A stretch of DNA of 64,000 nt from a virus. Taxonomy: Duplodnaviria > Caudoviricetes. Below, one piece after another: positions 25,720-35,612 of this stretch. Position 1 is the first letter of the stretch; every line of letters starts with the position of its first letter. The stretch is from IMG/VR virus record IMGVR_UViG_3300029267_004155; one strand, 5' to 3'. Made by a program: the position numbers and the translations under genes. Below the pieces are notes generated by a model that was given only the letters and a program-made list of their open reading frames with translations, ran no database searches and was not told where the DNA came from.

Positions 25720-26157
25720 ATGAGAAGGTGGACAGGTCTGATTCTGATGGCGGTGGCGGCGACCCTCACGGGTTGCGCGAGCATGGGTGGCGGGAAGGTC
25801 TGGACGTGGAACCAGCGGCAGGCCCTGTCGAGGTCCGGCGGCGACATCGCCATGACGGCGCTGCTGGACCAGGGCGTCGACAAGGCGGAGGCGGTCGAGG
25901 TGTGCAGGTCGATAGCGGAGTACCTGGAGAGCGGGGCCGTGTCGAAGGAGGTCTTCCAGAAGTACGTCTACAAGCTCGTCCCGGTGGCGTACGCGGACTG
26001 GGTCGACGCCCTGTTCCTGGTGATCGGGAACGTGGAGCTGGAGGAGCAGATACCGGCGGAGGTCAGGACGGCGCTCGTCAGCTTCCTGAGGGACGGGGCC
26101 CTGTACGGGGCCGGTCTCTACAAGGACGAGCACAAGCCGGCCGAGGAGGGGCGATGA
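25720..26157 (+). CDS. Putative lipoprotein
   Basis: Signal peptide MRRWTGLILMAVAATLTG-C with lipobox LTGC. Confidence 0.7.
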   Translation: MRRWTGLILMAVAATLTGCASMGGGKVWTWNQRQALSRSGGDIAMTALLDQGVDKAEAVEVCRSIAEYLESGAVSKEVFQKYVYKLVPVAYADWVDALFLVIGNVELEEQIPAEVRTALVSFLRDGALYGAGLYKDEHKPAEEGR

Positions 26158-26846
26158 GCAAGTTCGTGGCGGTGGCGTGGGTGCGGACGGGCTCCACCGC
26201 GCTCCGGGCGATGCTTCATGCGCATCCCGACATCAGGATGCTGGGTGACATCTTCACCGAGGGGACGGACATGTACGTCGACGAGCCGCCGAGCACCGAG
26301 CTGCTCGACCGCCTGTTCCGCGAGAACGACGGCTTCATGTTCCTGACGCACTGGAAGGTCGAGCAGCTTTTCGCGTGTCGCAACTGGGATGTCCGGTACG
26401 TGGTCCTGTGGCGCAGGAACATCCTTCAGGCCCTCATCTCCGAGCTGACGTGCCGGCGCTGCGGGGTGTGGTGGGAAGGGCATGTGAGGAGCCACATGCG
26501 CAGGGTGGCCACGCTCGGGTCGTTCCCCGTCGACGAGGTCCGGGCCAAGGCCGAGGAGAGGAGGATGCAGTGCGAGAAGGTCAAGGACCTGCTCGGGAGC
26601 CGCAAGGCTCTGTGGGTCTTCCACGAGGACCTGTTCTCCGGCCCTTTCGAGAAGAGGGTCGAGGTCATGAGGCGCGTCTTCGATTTCATCGGGTTTCCGA
26701 TGGGGGACCATCCGGGGATCGTGGACCACCTGAGGCCCGAGCGGAAGCACAACTCGACCGCGACATACCGGAAGATCGAGAACGTGGACGAGATAGAGGC
26801 TGCCCTGGCGGCCGAGTACGGGAGCCTGTTCGATGGCGAGGGCTGA
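26154..26846 (+). CDS. Sulfotransferase (Stf0-like)
   Basis: 5'-PSB-like RTGST..R.ML..HPDI and 3'-PB-like LWRRNIL.ALIS. Confidence 0.75.
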   Translation: MSKFVAVAWVRTGSTALRAMLHAHPDIRMLGDIFTEGTDMYVDEPPSTELLDRLFRENDGFMFLTHWKVEQLFACRNWDVRYVVLWRRNILQALISELTCRRCGVWWEGHVRSHMRRVATLGSFPVDEVRAKAEERRMQCEKVKDLLGSRKALWVFHEDLFSGPFEKRVEVMRRVFDFIGFPMGDHPGIVDHLRPERKHNSTATYRKIENVDEIEAALAAEYGSLFDGEG

Positions 26847-26847
26847 C

Positions 26848-27549
26848 ATGGCCGGCAAGTTCGTGGTCGTGACCTGGCCGAGGAGCGGGTCGACGTCGCT
26901 GAAGCACGCGATGTGGGCGCATCCGGACGCGAGCTTCAAGGGCGACGTCTTCAACCCGGACGACAGCAGCTATTGCGGGTCGCCTCCTGGCCGGGAGGCG
27001 ATCGGCAGGCTGTTCGGCCAGGTTGACGGCTTCATGTTCACGCCGCACTGGAAGGACGGCTTCGTCGACGAGGTCATGGGCTACCGCGACTGCCCGGTCA
27101 GGTTCGTGGTCCTGTGGCGGCGCAACGTCCTGAGGGCCGTCGTGAGCGAGGCGATATGCACGGTGAACGACGTGTGGATGGAGGCCGACGTGAGGAGGTT
27201 CCTCCGGGGCCGGGACTCGCTGGGCGCGCTGCCGATGCCGGAGATCGAGAAGATGGCCGCCCGCAGGGTCGGGCAGGTGGAGCGGGTCAGGCGCCTGGCC
27301 GAGGGTCTGGACGTCATGTGGGTGGAGCACGCCGAGCTCTACGGGGGGGCGATGGAGTCGCGGGTGGCGGCCCTGGGCGACGTGTTCGAGTTCGTGGGCA
27401 TGTCCCGGGAGGACGGCCCGGAGGTGACGGGCCATGTGGCCCCGGGCCGCAGGCATCTGTCGGCCGAGGCTTATCGGATGATCGAGAACGTCGACGAGAT
27501 CGAGGCGACGTTCTCGGAGAGGCACGGGAGCCTGTTCGATGGCCCTTAG
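26848..27549 (+). CDS. Sulfotransferase (Stf0-like), paralog
   Basis: PRSGST..., LWRRNVLRAVVS; shares the YR.IENVDEIEA...GSLFDG tail with the upstream gene. Confidence 0.75.
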   Translation: MAGKFVVVTWPRSGSTSLKHAMWAHPDASFKGDVFNPDDSSYCGSPPGREAIGRLFGQVDGFMFTPHWKDGFVDEVMGYRDCPVRFVVLWRRNVLRAVVSEAICTVNDVWMEADVRRFLRGRDSLGALPMPEIEKMAARRVGQVERVRRLAEGLDVMWVEHAELYGGAMESRVAALGDVFEFVGMSREDGPEVTGHVAPGRRHLSAEAYRMIENVDEIEATFSERHGSLFDGP

Positions 27550-28405
27550 CGACTATTTCGACGCGGTCTTCTACATCAACCTGGATCGCCGGGGCGACCG
27601 GCGCGAGGCCATCGAGGCGCAGCTTGGCGCCCACGGCATCGAGGCCGAGCGCTTCTCCGCGGTCGACGACGCGGAGAACCCGGAGAGGGGCTGCTTCATG
27701 TCCCATCGCGAGGTGGCCAGGATGGCGCGGGACAGGGGGCTCTCGACCTACTTCGTATTCGAGGACGACGCGCTGCTGCCGGAGGATTTCGACGAGAGGC
27801 TGGACGCCGGGATGCCGGAGCTGCCGGGGGACTGGGACGGCGTCTACCTCGGGGCGTGGTACTGGACCCCGGCGACGGAGAAGGAGGAGGAGCGCAGGCC
27901 GGTGCCCGTGTCGGGCGGCTGGCACCGGGTCTTCTGCGCCTACCTGCTGGTCTCGTACGGGCTGAGGGTCGATGGCGCCCCGGCGGCGAGCCTGGCGGCC
28001 GCGGAGTTCGACCCGGCGGTCCCGGCGGACGACTTCATGGTGGGCCTCCAGCTCGGAGGCGAGTGCAGGTTCTACGCCCTGATGGAGGCGTCGCAGGTCG
28101 GCGCGGACGTGATAGGGTTCGTCGGGCACGACACGTCGTCCCCGAGCGACCTGGCGGCGGGGCGAGACAGGCGCGTGACGCCGGCGAGGATGCAGCTGGA
28201 GGGGGACGACTGGTTCCACGGGAGGGGTTGCGAGCCGAACCACAGGAAGGCTGTCGAATGCTGGTCCAAGGGGGCCGAGGCCGGCGGGGCGCAGTGCATG
28301 CGAAACCTGGCCTGGGCCTACTCCCGCGGGTTCGGCGTGTCGGTGGACGAGGCCAGGGCGGCGGCGTGGCTGTCCAGGGCCGAGGAGATGGAGAAGGCGT
28401 CATGA
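27539..28405 (+). CDS. GT25-family glycosyltransferase with C-terminal Sel1-like repeat, paralog
   Basis: YINLDRRGDRR, ERFSAVDDAENPERGCFMSH, FEDDA; Sel1-like KAVECWSKGAEAG...NLAWAY..G.GV..D...A..W..RA. Confidence 0.8.
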   Translation: MALSDYFDAVFYINLDRRGDRREAIEAQLGAHGIEAERFSAVDDAENPERGCFMSHREVARMARDRGLSTYFVFEDDALLPEDFDERLDAGMPELPGDWDGVYLGAWYWTPATEKEEERRPVPVSGGWHRVFCAYLLVSYGLRVDGAPAASLAAAEFDPAVPADDFMVGLQLGGECRFYALMEASQVGADVIGFVGHDTSSPSDLAAGRDRRVTPARMQLEGDDWFHGRGCEPNHRKAVECWSKGAEAGGAQCMRNLAWAYSRGFGVSVDEARAAAWLSRAEEMEKAS

Positions 28406-28971
28406 GTCGGAGAAGCTCGATGCTGGAGTTGGCCAGGGGCACGGTTGCGACCGTGGGCGACGGGGACCATGAGCAGGGCTCCTTTCCGGAGAAGATGGAC
28501 TTCGTGATTGATGCCGTCGACGAGATCGAGTTCGTCTACGACCCGGAGGAGGACGAGGGGTGGGGGAAGGCCGACCAGGAGTACGACGGCGAGCTCCGGC
28601 ACGTCAACAAGCCCCCGACGGTGCTTCGGCGCATGGCGGCGTCCGAGCCGGCCGAGGGGGAGGTCGCGGCCATCCAGGCGGCCATGAGGGCGTGGGCCGT
28701 GATGCAGCCGGGCATGCGTGGCGCCGGCGGAGGCGTCGAGGCCGGGTCGGTTGACCGCGGGGAGCCGCGGGAGGCGATCATGGCTTCGAGCATGATGGAG
28801 CTGGCGAGCTCCGCCGAGCGCGTGGCGTGGCCGTCGGTTGGCGGCACGCTGTCGACGGACTGCCCGGCGTCCGGCGGGGGAGGTCGCTTCCTGGGCCTCG
28901 ACGTGATAGACTACGAGACGCTGGAGGAGGTGGCGAGGGAGCATCCGCTGGAGGACGACGACTGGTATTGA
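28402..28971 (+). CDS. Acidic hypothetical protein
   Basis: ATGA coupling; internal repeat SSMLELA / SSMMELA. Confidence 0.55.
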   Translation: MSRRSSMLELARGTVATVGDGDHEQGSFPEKMDFVIDAVDEIEFVYDPEEDEGWGKADQEYDGELRHVNKPPTVLRRMAASEPAEGEVAAIQAAMRAWAVMQPGMRGAGGGVEAGSVDRGEPREAIMASSMMELASSAERVAWPSVGGTLSTDCPASGGGGRFLGLDVIDYETLEEVAREHPLEDDDWY

Positions 28972-28998
28972 GCTGCGAGGGCACAAAGGAGGACGGTC

Positions 28999-29430
28999 AT
29001 GGGAATCGAGCAAGTGAAGGCGCTGCTGGAGCAGATCGGGGCGAATGAGGCTTCGCCGGAGAACGTGGCGAAGGTGAACGAGAACATCGCGGAGGTGGCG
29101 AAGGTGGTCTCGACCGTCGAGGTTGCGATCTCGGACGGCCTCCAGTGGTCCGACGTCTCGGTCATCGGCAAGATCGTGCCGGACGTGATGAGGATGGCGG
29201 CCGGCTTCAAGGACTACGGGGGGCTCGCCAGGCGCGACTTCGTGATCGAGGTGGTGTGGCTGGTCTACCGGCTCGTGGACACCTTCCCCGACGGCAAGCG
29301 GAACAACATCAACATCCCGTTCCTGGCGGGCTCGTTCGAGCGCAGGATGGAGCGGGCCGTCGTGGCCTTCGCCGCCGGCATGGCGGTCGACGGGCTCTAC
29401 GGGCGCATGAAGGACGACGGAGAGGTGTGA
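28999..29430 (+). CDS. Hypothetical protein
   Basis: RBS AAGGAGG; typical codon usage. Confidence 0.7.
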   Translation: MGIEQVKALLEQIGANEASPENVAKVNENIAEVAKVVSTVEVAISDGLQWSDVSVIGKIVPDVMRMAAGFKDYGGLARRDFVIEVVWLVYRLVDTFPDGKRNNINIPFLAGSFERRMERAVVAFAAGMAVDGLYGRMKDDGEV

Positions 29431-29431
29431 C

Positions 29432-30034
29432 ATGGAGCTCGGCGACTGCGAGGTGAGGAGGATGGCCCTCGACCGGCTTCAGCCGGCCCAGTACAACCCG
29501 AGGAGGATCTCGGACGTGGCGATGGGCGGGCTCGGGAAGTCCATCGACCGCTTCGGGATGCTGGTGCCCATCGTCTGGAACGAGAGGACCGGCAACGTGG
29601 TCGGCGGCCACCAGCGCCTCCGGCACCTGGCGGAGGCCGGCGAGTCGGAGGTCGACGTGGTGGTCGTCGACCTGGACGACCAGGACGAGGTGGCCCTCAA
29701 CATCACCTTGAACAGCCCGCGCCTGCGAGGCACCTTCACCAAGGAGGTGGTCGGGATGCTGGAGGAGGCCTCCGAGTCGATGGGCGACGCCTTCGCCGAG
29801 ATCGGGCTGGAGGACCTTCACAACTTCGTCAAGAGGCTGAGGTTCGACGAGGGTGCTCCTCCTCCCCCTCCGCCGCCTCCGCCCGACGACGGGCCGCAGG
29901 CGGAGGTGGTGGTGACGTGCCCGAGATGCCGGAGCAGGTGGGAGATGACAAGCGGAAGGATAGTGCGGAATGCCCTCGAAGAGCAGGAAGTCGAAGACGG
30001 AGAGCCGGAGCCGGTGGGAGATCAGGAGGGCTAG
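29432..30034 (+). CDS. ParB-like N-terminal domain protein
   Basis: L.PAQYNPRRI...SIDRFG...PIVWNERTG.VVGGHQRL; C-terminal CPRC. Confidence 0.8.
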   Translation: MELGDCEVRRMALDRLQPAQYNPRRISDVAMGGLGKSIDRFGMLVPIVWNERTGNVVGGHQRLRHLAEAGESEVDVVVVDLDDQDEVALNITLNSPRLRGTFTKEVVGMLEEASESMGDAFAEIGLEDLHNFVKRLRFDEGAPPPPPPPPPDDGPQAEVVVTCPRCRSRWEMTSGRIVRNALEEQEVEDGEPEPVGDQEG

Positions 30035-30584
30035 GCTGGCGGACCTGGAGCCGTCGGCCTACAACCCCAGGAAGATCGACGGAGGCGCCATGAGGGCGCT
30101 CTCGGCGTCCCTCCGGAGGTTCGGCTACGTCGAGCCCATCGTCTGGAACGAGAGGACCGGCAGGATCGTCGGCGGCCACCAGAGGCACTCCCTGCTGATG
30201 GACCAGGGCGTCGAGGAGGCGCCGGTCGTGGTGGTCGACTTCTCCGACGAGGAGGAGGTCGCGGCCAACCTGACTCTCAACAACCCCGAGATCGAGGGCG
30301 AGTGGGACGATCCGATCCTGGACCTCATCTCCAGGCTGGAGGACTCCCGGCCGGAGCTGTTCGGCGAGCTGGACTTCGGCGGCCTTCGGGACGCCGTGGA
30401 GGCCATGGCGCCGAAGACCGGCGAGGAGAGCTACGAGGGCAAGAACCGGGAGGTCGACGTGGACGACCTGACGTCCGACTGCGACGTGAAGTGCCCGTGC
30501 TGCTCGTTCGAGTGGGAGATCGACGCGAAGGACGTCGAGGCCGTGGTCGAGCCGCAGGCCGAGGAGGAAGAGGATGACGAGTAG
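29970..30584 (+). CDS. ParB-like N-terminal domain protein, paralog
   Basis: LEPSAYNPRKI...SLRRFGYVEPIVWNERTGRIVGGHQR; C-terminal KCPCCSFEW. Confidence 0.8.
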   Translation: MPSKSRKSKTESRSRWEIRRARLADLEPSAYNPRKIDGGAMRALSASLRRFGYVEPIVWNERTGRIVGGHQRHSLLMDQGVEEAPVVVVDFSDEEEVAANLTLNNPEIEGEWDDPILDLISRLEDSRPELFGELDFGGLRDAVEAMAPKTGEESYEGKNREVDVDDLTSDCDVKCPCCSFEWEIDAKDVEAVVEPQAEEEEDDE

Positions 30585-32811
30585 CCACAGGTTCCCGTTC
30601 TGCTGGGTGAGGTCCGACCTGGACCGGGTCGACAGGCATGGCCACAAGGTCTTCTCCACGTTCTCGTGCGGAGGGGGCAGCTCCTTCGGATACAAGATGG
30701 CCGGCTTCGACGTGGTCGGGTGCGTCGAGATCGACAAGGAGATGATGGAGCTGTACCAGGCCAACCATCATCCGACCCACTCCTTCTTGGAGCCGATACA
30801 GGAGTTCAAGGAGCGCGAGGACTACCCCGACGAGCTCTACGACCTGGACATCCTGGACGGGAGCCCTCCTTGCTTCGCGGCCGGGACCCCGGTTCTGACC
30901 ATGAGGGGGGTTCTGCCGATCGAGCAGGTGAGGGTCGGCGACCTCGTCCTGACGCACATGCGCAGGTGGCGGCGCGTGACGGACACGATGAGCAGGACGA
31001 GTCCGACGGTGCTCCTGGATAACAGGATCGAGGTGACGCCGGACCACCCTTTTCTCGCCAGGAAGCCAGAGAGGAGTCCGGAGGCGAAGAACCTTGGAGA
31101 AGAGGGGTGGGTTCAGGCGAAGGATGTGGGAGGGATGTTTCTGGCGACCCCGACGGAGATGGGGTTGGCGGACTGGGTCGCATCCCCGGAGGGTTTCGAG
31201 TATTCGGCTCCGTTTTGGTACATGGTTGGAAGGTGGCTTGGCGATGGGTGGGTGAGGTACGAGGAGGCTGGGGATGAGCCATATCGGAAGCAGCCGAGGT
31301 ATGTTTCCGAGCAGCGCCATTGTGCCAACTGCGAGACGGAGATGGCGAGGCCGCATGCCAGGTACGAAGGGTGGTGGACGTCGTATTGCTCGGAGAGGTG
31401 CAGGCGCCAGTTCAAGGACGGGCGCCATAAGCGTGGAAGGGCGGTGGCGATCATTTGCTGCTGCGATGACGAGTCGGAGGACCTCCAGGGGAGGTTGGAG
31501 GAGGTTGGCTGTCATATTGGCAGTGGCGACCAGGAGACGGTGACCAGGAAGTTCGTGAACAGCAAGGCTCTGGTTCTCTGGCTGATGGGGCACTTCGGAA
31601 AGGGTGCGTCTGGGAAGACCATGCCAGGCTTCGTGTTCTCGATGAATAGGGAGTGGAGGAGTGCGTTGCTGTCGGGGTATCTCGACGCGGACGGGACGCG
31701 GTATGATGAGGGTTACTGGGTGGCGACCACGGTCGGGAGGTGCCTGCTGGCCGGGATGAACCTTCTCGCGAGCTCTCTGGGGTTCACGACCTCGATCGTC
31801 AGGCGCAAACCGAACAGCGACGTGATCGAGGGCCGAAAGGTCAATGTGTCCGTGTCGTGGCATCTGTCGATCAGGGAGGACGACGGTCGATACACCATGG
31901 TGGACGAAGGCATGCGGTGGCGGAAGATGAGAAGGGCCGTCGTGCCGGCCAGCGAGCTGACGACGGTGCACGATCTGACGGTGGAGGAGGATCATAGCTT
32001 CGTGGCTGACGGCTACGTGGTGCACAACTGCTCCACTTTTTCGATGGCCGGGAGCCGCGAGGAGGTCTGGGGCGAGGAGAAGAGGTTCAGGGAGGGGCAG
32101 GCCAAGCAGGTCCTGTCCGACCTCTTCTTCGACTTCCTCGACGTGGTCGACAGGCTCAAGCCGAAGGTGGTCGTGGCCGAGAACGTCAAGGGCATGATCC
32201 TGGGGAGGGCGAAGGGCTACTGCAAGCTGATCCGGGACCGGTTCGAGGAGCTCGGCTACGACATGCAGCTGTTCCTGCTGAACGCGGCGACCATGGGCGT
32301 CCCGCAGCTCCGGGAGAGGGTCTTCTTCGTGGCGAGGAGGAGGGACCTCGGGCTTCCAGCCCTCCGGCTCAAGTTCGACGAGGAGCCCATCACGTTCGGG
32401 GAGGTCTGCCAGGCGCTCCCCTTCCAGGACGTCTCGGAGACGGAGATGAGCGGGACGCACCGGGCCTTCTGGTCGAGGACGCGTCCGGGGGACTCGTACA
32501 GCGTGGCGGCCGGGGGCTCCTACTTCAACTTCGCCAGGGTGAGCGGGGAGCGGCCGTGCCCGACCGTCCTGGGGTCGTCGGTGGACAAGCTGTCGCACCA
32601 CGAGGAGTTCAGGCGGCTGAGCTGGGTGGAGGTGAGCCTGGTGGGGTCCTACCCGCACGACTACGACTACCTCGGGCGCTCCAGCCGGCTGAAGGTGTAC
32701 TGCGTAGGCATGAGCGTGCCTCCGGTGATGACGGCCCAGATCGCGGCGAGGGTCGCCGAGCAGTGGTTCGACGTGCCGGCGGGGACGATAGACGCGGCGT
32801 GGGGGGCGTGA
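30574..32811 (+). CDS. dcm: DNA (cytosine-5)-methyltransferase containing an intein
   Basis: Motif I FSCGGG, motif IV DGSPP|C, motif VI ENVKG, motif VIII Q.RERVFF, motif X GMSVPP. Confidence 0.9.
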   Translation: MTSSHRFPFCWVRSDLDRVDRHGHKVFSTFSCGGGSSFGYKMAGFDVVGCVEIDKEMMELYQANHHPTHSFLEPIQEFKEREDYPDELYDLDILDGSPPCFAAGTPVLTMRGVLPIEQVRVGDLVLTHMRRWRRVTDTMSRTSPTVLLDNRIEVTPDHPFLARKPERSPEAKNLGEEGWVQAKDVGGMFLATPTEMGLADWVASPEGFEYSAPFWYMVGRWLGDGWVRYEEAGDEPYRKQPRYVSEQRHCANCETEMARPHARYEGWWTSYCSERCRRQFKDGRHKRGRAVAIICCCDDESEDLQGRLEEVGCHIGSGDQETVTRKFVNSKALVLWLMGHFGKGASGKTMPGFVFSMNREWRSALLSGYLDADGTRYDEGYWVATTVGRCLLAGMNLLASSLGFTTSIVRRKPNSDVIEGRKVNVSVSWHLSIREDDGRYTMVDEGMRWRKMRRAVVPASELTTVHDLTVEEDHSFVADGYVVHNCSTFSMAGSREEVWGEEKRFREGQAKQVLSDLFFDFLDVVDRLKPKVVVAENVKGMILGRAKGYCKLIRDRFEELGYDMQLFLLNAATMGVPQLRERVFFVARRRDLGLPALRLKFDEEPITFGEVCQALPFQDVSETEMSGTHRAFWSRTRPGDSYSVAAGGSYFNFARVSGERPCPTVLGSSVDKLSHHEEFRRLSWVEVSLVGSYPHDYDYLGRSSRLKVYCVGMSVPPVMTAQIAARVAEQWFDVPAGTIDAAWGA
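30871..32028 (+). mobile_element. Intein with LAGLIDADG homing endonuclease in dcm (386 aa)
   Basis: Begins CFAAGT, block B TPDHPF, GRWLGDG and LSGYLDADG, ends HSFVADGYVVHN followed by Cys. Confidence 0.93.
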
Positions 32812-32877
32812 TGGCCCATCGCTTCCCGTACAAGTGGGTGCCGGACGCCAGGGACGAGTTCGAGATTGGAGAGTGAC

Positions 32878-33255
32878 ATGGCTACTTTCGGAGAGGTGCT
32901 GGCGCAGTTCAAGGAGTCGGAGGAGGCGGAGAACGTCGCTCCGCTGGTGGAGGACGACACGCTCCGGAACGGCGTGATCGCGTGGAAGTCGGTCGTCACC
33001 AGCATCAGGTGCGGGGCCGGCGAGCAGTGCGGGGAGTCCGACCCGGCGCGGCAGTGGGACTGGCTCTGGTCCAGGGTGGAGTTCGACGTCGCCCATTTCG
33101 GCGTCGTGGCGGGATGCCGCGCCCAGGACGCCTCCGGCCTCTTCTCCAGGCTCAAGGGCCTTCGGCTGATCTATCCGGACGGAACCATCCAGGGTTTCGC
33201 CTCCCAGTACCTCCAGGCCATGATAATGGCCAAGCTCAAGAGAGCCTCCAAGTAG
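32878..33255 (+). CDS. Hypothetical protein
   Basis: RBS GGAG; compact ORF with high-GC codon pattern. Confidence 0.65.
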   Translation: MATFGEVLAQFKESEEAENVAPLVEDDTLRNGVIAWKSVVTSIRCGAGEQCGESDPARQWDWLWSRVEFDVAHFGVVAGCRAQDASGLFSRLKGLRLIYPDGTIQGFASQYLQAMIMAKLKRASK

Positions 33256-33319
33256 TCGATTTCCCACTTTCCCGGCGTATAATGGGGTAGCAGCCGCCTT
33301 TCGCGGCAGGAGGTGACTC

Positions 33320-33979
33320 GTGGCCAAGAAGCATGTTCCGGCCGACCACAAGCGCATTCCGGACGGTGGCAACACGCCGGGGTCGAAGTGGATCGGGAAG
33401 TACGTCGTCTACGACCAGGCTGACGGGGGGTCGTGCTTCGGCAGGATCGTCGACGAGGCCATGGTCAACACCATGCAGGGCGAGAAGGAGGTCTTCATCC
33501 TGGACGACAGGGTGGTCAGGTACCTCCGGAGCACGGACCTGAAGCGCTTCCGGGTGTTCTACCCGAACGTCATCGACGCGCCGCACCTTCGGTCGGCCGG
33601 GACCGTTGACGCCGACGGGAAGTTCCGGGAGGGCAAGGAGGGGATGTTCATGGAGGCCAGGAAGGTCCGCGGGGTGACGACGCTCCGCAAGGACATGATC
33701 GACCTGGACCGGGACGTCGTGGACGTCGAGGAGATGACGAGGCGCGTCGAGGAGAGGCTCGGGAAGGTCGACAGCGACACCCTCTTCATGGCGCTCCTGG
33801 AGGGCCGGAAGGAGATCGGGGACGACGAGGTCGTGGAGGGGGAGGACGCCCTGGACCTCGGGATGCGGACGCTCCTGGGGCAGGGGAAGATGATCGGCGT
33901 CGTCAAGGCCGAGCTGGCGAGGAAGCTAAAAAAGTTGGATAACCAGACAGATGATGGAGGGGACGACGATGGTGACTGA
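33320..33979 (+). CDS. Hypothetical protein
   Basis: Preceded by GCGTATAAT (33275) and RBS AGGAGG. Confidence 0.7.
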   Translation: MAKKHVPADHKRIPDGGNTPGSKWIGKYVVYDQADGGSCFGRIVDEAMVNTMQGEKEVFILDDRVVRYLRSTDLKRFRVFYPNVIDAPHLRSAGTVDADGKFREGKEGMFMEARKVRGVTTLRKDMIDLDRDVVDVEEMTRRVEERLGKVDSDTLFMALLEGRKEIGDDEVVEGEDALDLGMRTLLGQGKMIGVVKAELARKLKKLDNQTDDGGDDDGD

Positions 33980-34211
33980 GATTCCGTCGAAGGAGTTCGA
34001 GAAGGCGGTGGGGGGCTACATCTTCGTCCGCCGGAGCGGCGCGAGGAACGTCGCGAAGGTGAACTGGGTGGACCACGAGAAGAAGCGGTTCGGGTACACG
34101 ATCATGAGCGGCAAGGACAAGGGGTCCGACGCGAGCGCGACGTTCTTCACGGGCACCTTCGTGAAGGTGTTCGACGAGGAGTCGCTCGTGGTGGCCCTGC
34201 TGGAGGCCTGA
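33969..34211 (+). CDS. Hypothetical protein
   Basis: RBS GGAGG; coupled to neighbours. Confidence 0.55.
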   Translation: MVTEIPSKEFEKAVGGYIFVRRSGARNVAKVNWVDHEKKRFGYTIMSGKDKGSDASATFFTGTFVKVFDEESLVVALLEA

Positions 34212-34465
34212 TGGTTCTGTTCTCTCTATGTCGGAGATGCGGGCACGGCCGGTTGTCGCGGTCCCGCAGGAACGAGCGGGGCGAGCTGGAGGTGAGCCCG
34301 TCGGTCGCGTGCGACCTGGCCGACTCGGGGCTGCTCCTCATGCGCGACGATCCGCCCGGCGACTGCCCTTTCAGGTTGGAGCACGTGTTGGCCATGCAGG
34401 ACGCGGACCCCGAGTTCGCAGACTGGATGAGCGGAAGGAGAGTGGAGGATGAGGCCGTCTTTTGA
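34211..34465 (+). CDS. Small Cys-rich protein
   Basis: CRRC...C...PPGDCPF..EH; the P.DCP...H pattern also occurs in 20502..20945. Confidence 0.5.
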   Translation: MVLFSLCRRCGHGRLSRSRRNERGELEVSPSVACDLADSGLLLMRDDPPGDCPFRLEHVLAMQDADPEFADWMSGRRVEDEAVF

Positions 34466-35612
34466 GCTGAGGAGCCGCGAGACGTACCTGGACAACGCCG
34501 CGACGACGATGGTCGATCCGGGCGTGGTCGAGGCCATGATGTCGTATCTGGAGGAGCGCTTCGGGAACCCGGAGACGTCCTACCACCTGGGGGTAGAGGC
34601 CATGCGCGCCGTCGACGAGTCCAGGGAGAAGGTGATGGGCCTGCTGGGCGACCCTCCAGGGGAGGTCTGCTTCACGTCCGGAGGCACCGAGTCCAACAAC
34701 TGGGCCCTGAAGGGCTTCAGGGCCTCGGAGGGCGCGAGGATCGCTGTCTCGGCCGTCGAGCACGGTTCGGTGCTGGATCCGGCCAGGTGGCTGGCGGCGA
34801 CCAGGGGCGTCGAGCTCGTGGAGCTGCCGGTCGACCAGGACGGCGTCGTCTCCCTGGACGCCCTGGACGAGGAGCTGGAGAGGGGGCTCGTCCTCGTCTC
34901 CGTCCAGCACGCCAACAACGAGACGGGGGTGCTCCAGCCGGTGGCCGAGATTGGCGAGAGGCTGAGGGACCGCCTGTGCTTCCTGCACGTGGACGCCTCC
35001 CAGACGTTCGGGAAGATGGAGTTCGACCCGCGCGAGATGGGGGTCGACCTGATGACTCTCTCGGCCCACAAGATGCACGGCCCGATGGGCGTCGGCGCCC
35101 TCTACGTGGGGCCGGAGGTCGGCATCGACCCGCTCCTGCACGGGGGCGGCCAGCAGGGCGGCATGCGTGCCGGGACGATCCCGGTGCAGCAGGTGGTCGG
35201 CTTCGGGGTGGCCTGCGACATGGCCTGGAGCTCCCTCCGGGCGAGCCGGGCCAAGTGGGAAGGCATGAGGCGGGAGGTCGAGGGGCTGGCGGCGCTGGGC
35301 GGCGTGACGGTCAACGGGGGCGGCGCCGAGAGGCTGCCTAACATCGTGAGCCTGACCTTCGACGGGGCCGAGGCGGCTCTGGTGGCGGCGATCCTGGACG
35401 ACAGGTACGGGATTTGCGTGGGTACCGGGGCGGCCTGCTCCAGGGGGGCCAGCTCCCATGTCCTGGAGGCGATGGGGCGAACGAGGGCACAGCGCGCGTC
35501 GACGATCAGGGTGAGCTTCGGGCGCCACAACGACGCGGATGACGCGGGGGTCTTCTCGGCGGCCGCTCAGGCGGCGGTGGAGGAGGCGAGAAGAAGGGAC
35601 CTGATGACATGA
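34449..35612 (+). CDS. iscS: Cysteine desulfurase (IscS/NifS type, PLP-dependent)
   Basis: YLDNAATT, FGNP, FTSGGTESNN, EH.SV, NNETG, HVDASQ, SAHKMHGP (PLP lysine), RAGT, GAAC (catalytic Cys). Confidence 0.92.
   Translation: MRPSFELRSRETYLDNAATTMVDPGVVEAMMSYLEERFGNPETSYHLGVEAMRAVDESREKVMGLLGDPPGEVCFTSGGTESNNWALKGFRASEGARIAVSAVEHGSVLDPARWLAATRGVELVELPVDQDGVVSLDALDEELERGLVLVSVQHANNETGVLQPVAEIGERLRDRLCFLHVDASQTFGKMEFDPREMGVDLMTLSAHKMHGPMGVGALYVGPEVGIDPLLHGGGQQGGMRAGTIPVQQVVGFGVACDMAWSSLRASRAKWEGMRREVEGLAALGGVTVNGGGAERLPNIVSLTFDGAEAALVAAILDDRYGICVGTGAACSRGASSHVLEAMGRTRAQRASTIRVSFGRHNDADDAGVFSAAAQAAVEEARRRDLMT

Noticed and set aside
25720-26157. Spanin/lysis cassette
   Set aside because: A lipobox is present, but no adjacent endolysin, holin or i-spanin could be recognised.
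32811-32876. 21-aa ORF MAHRFPYKWV... resembling the Dcm N-terminus (SHRFPFCWV)
   Set aside because: Too short to call a gene; probably a remnant of an earlier methyltransferase duplication.
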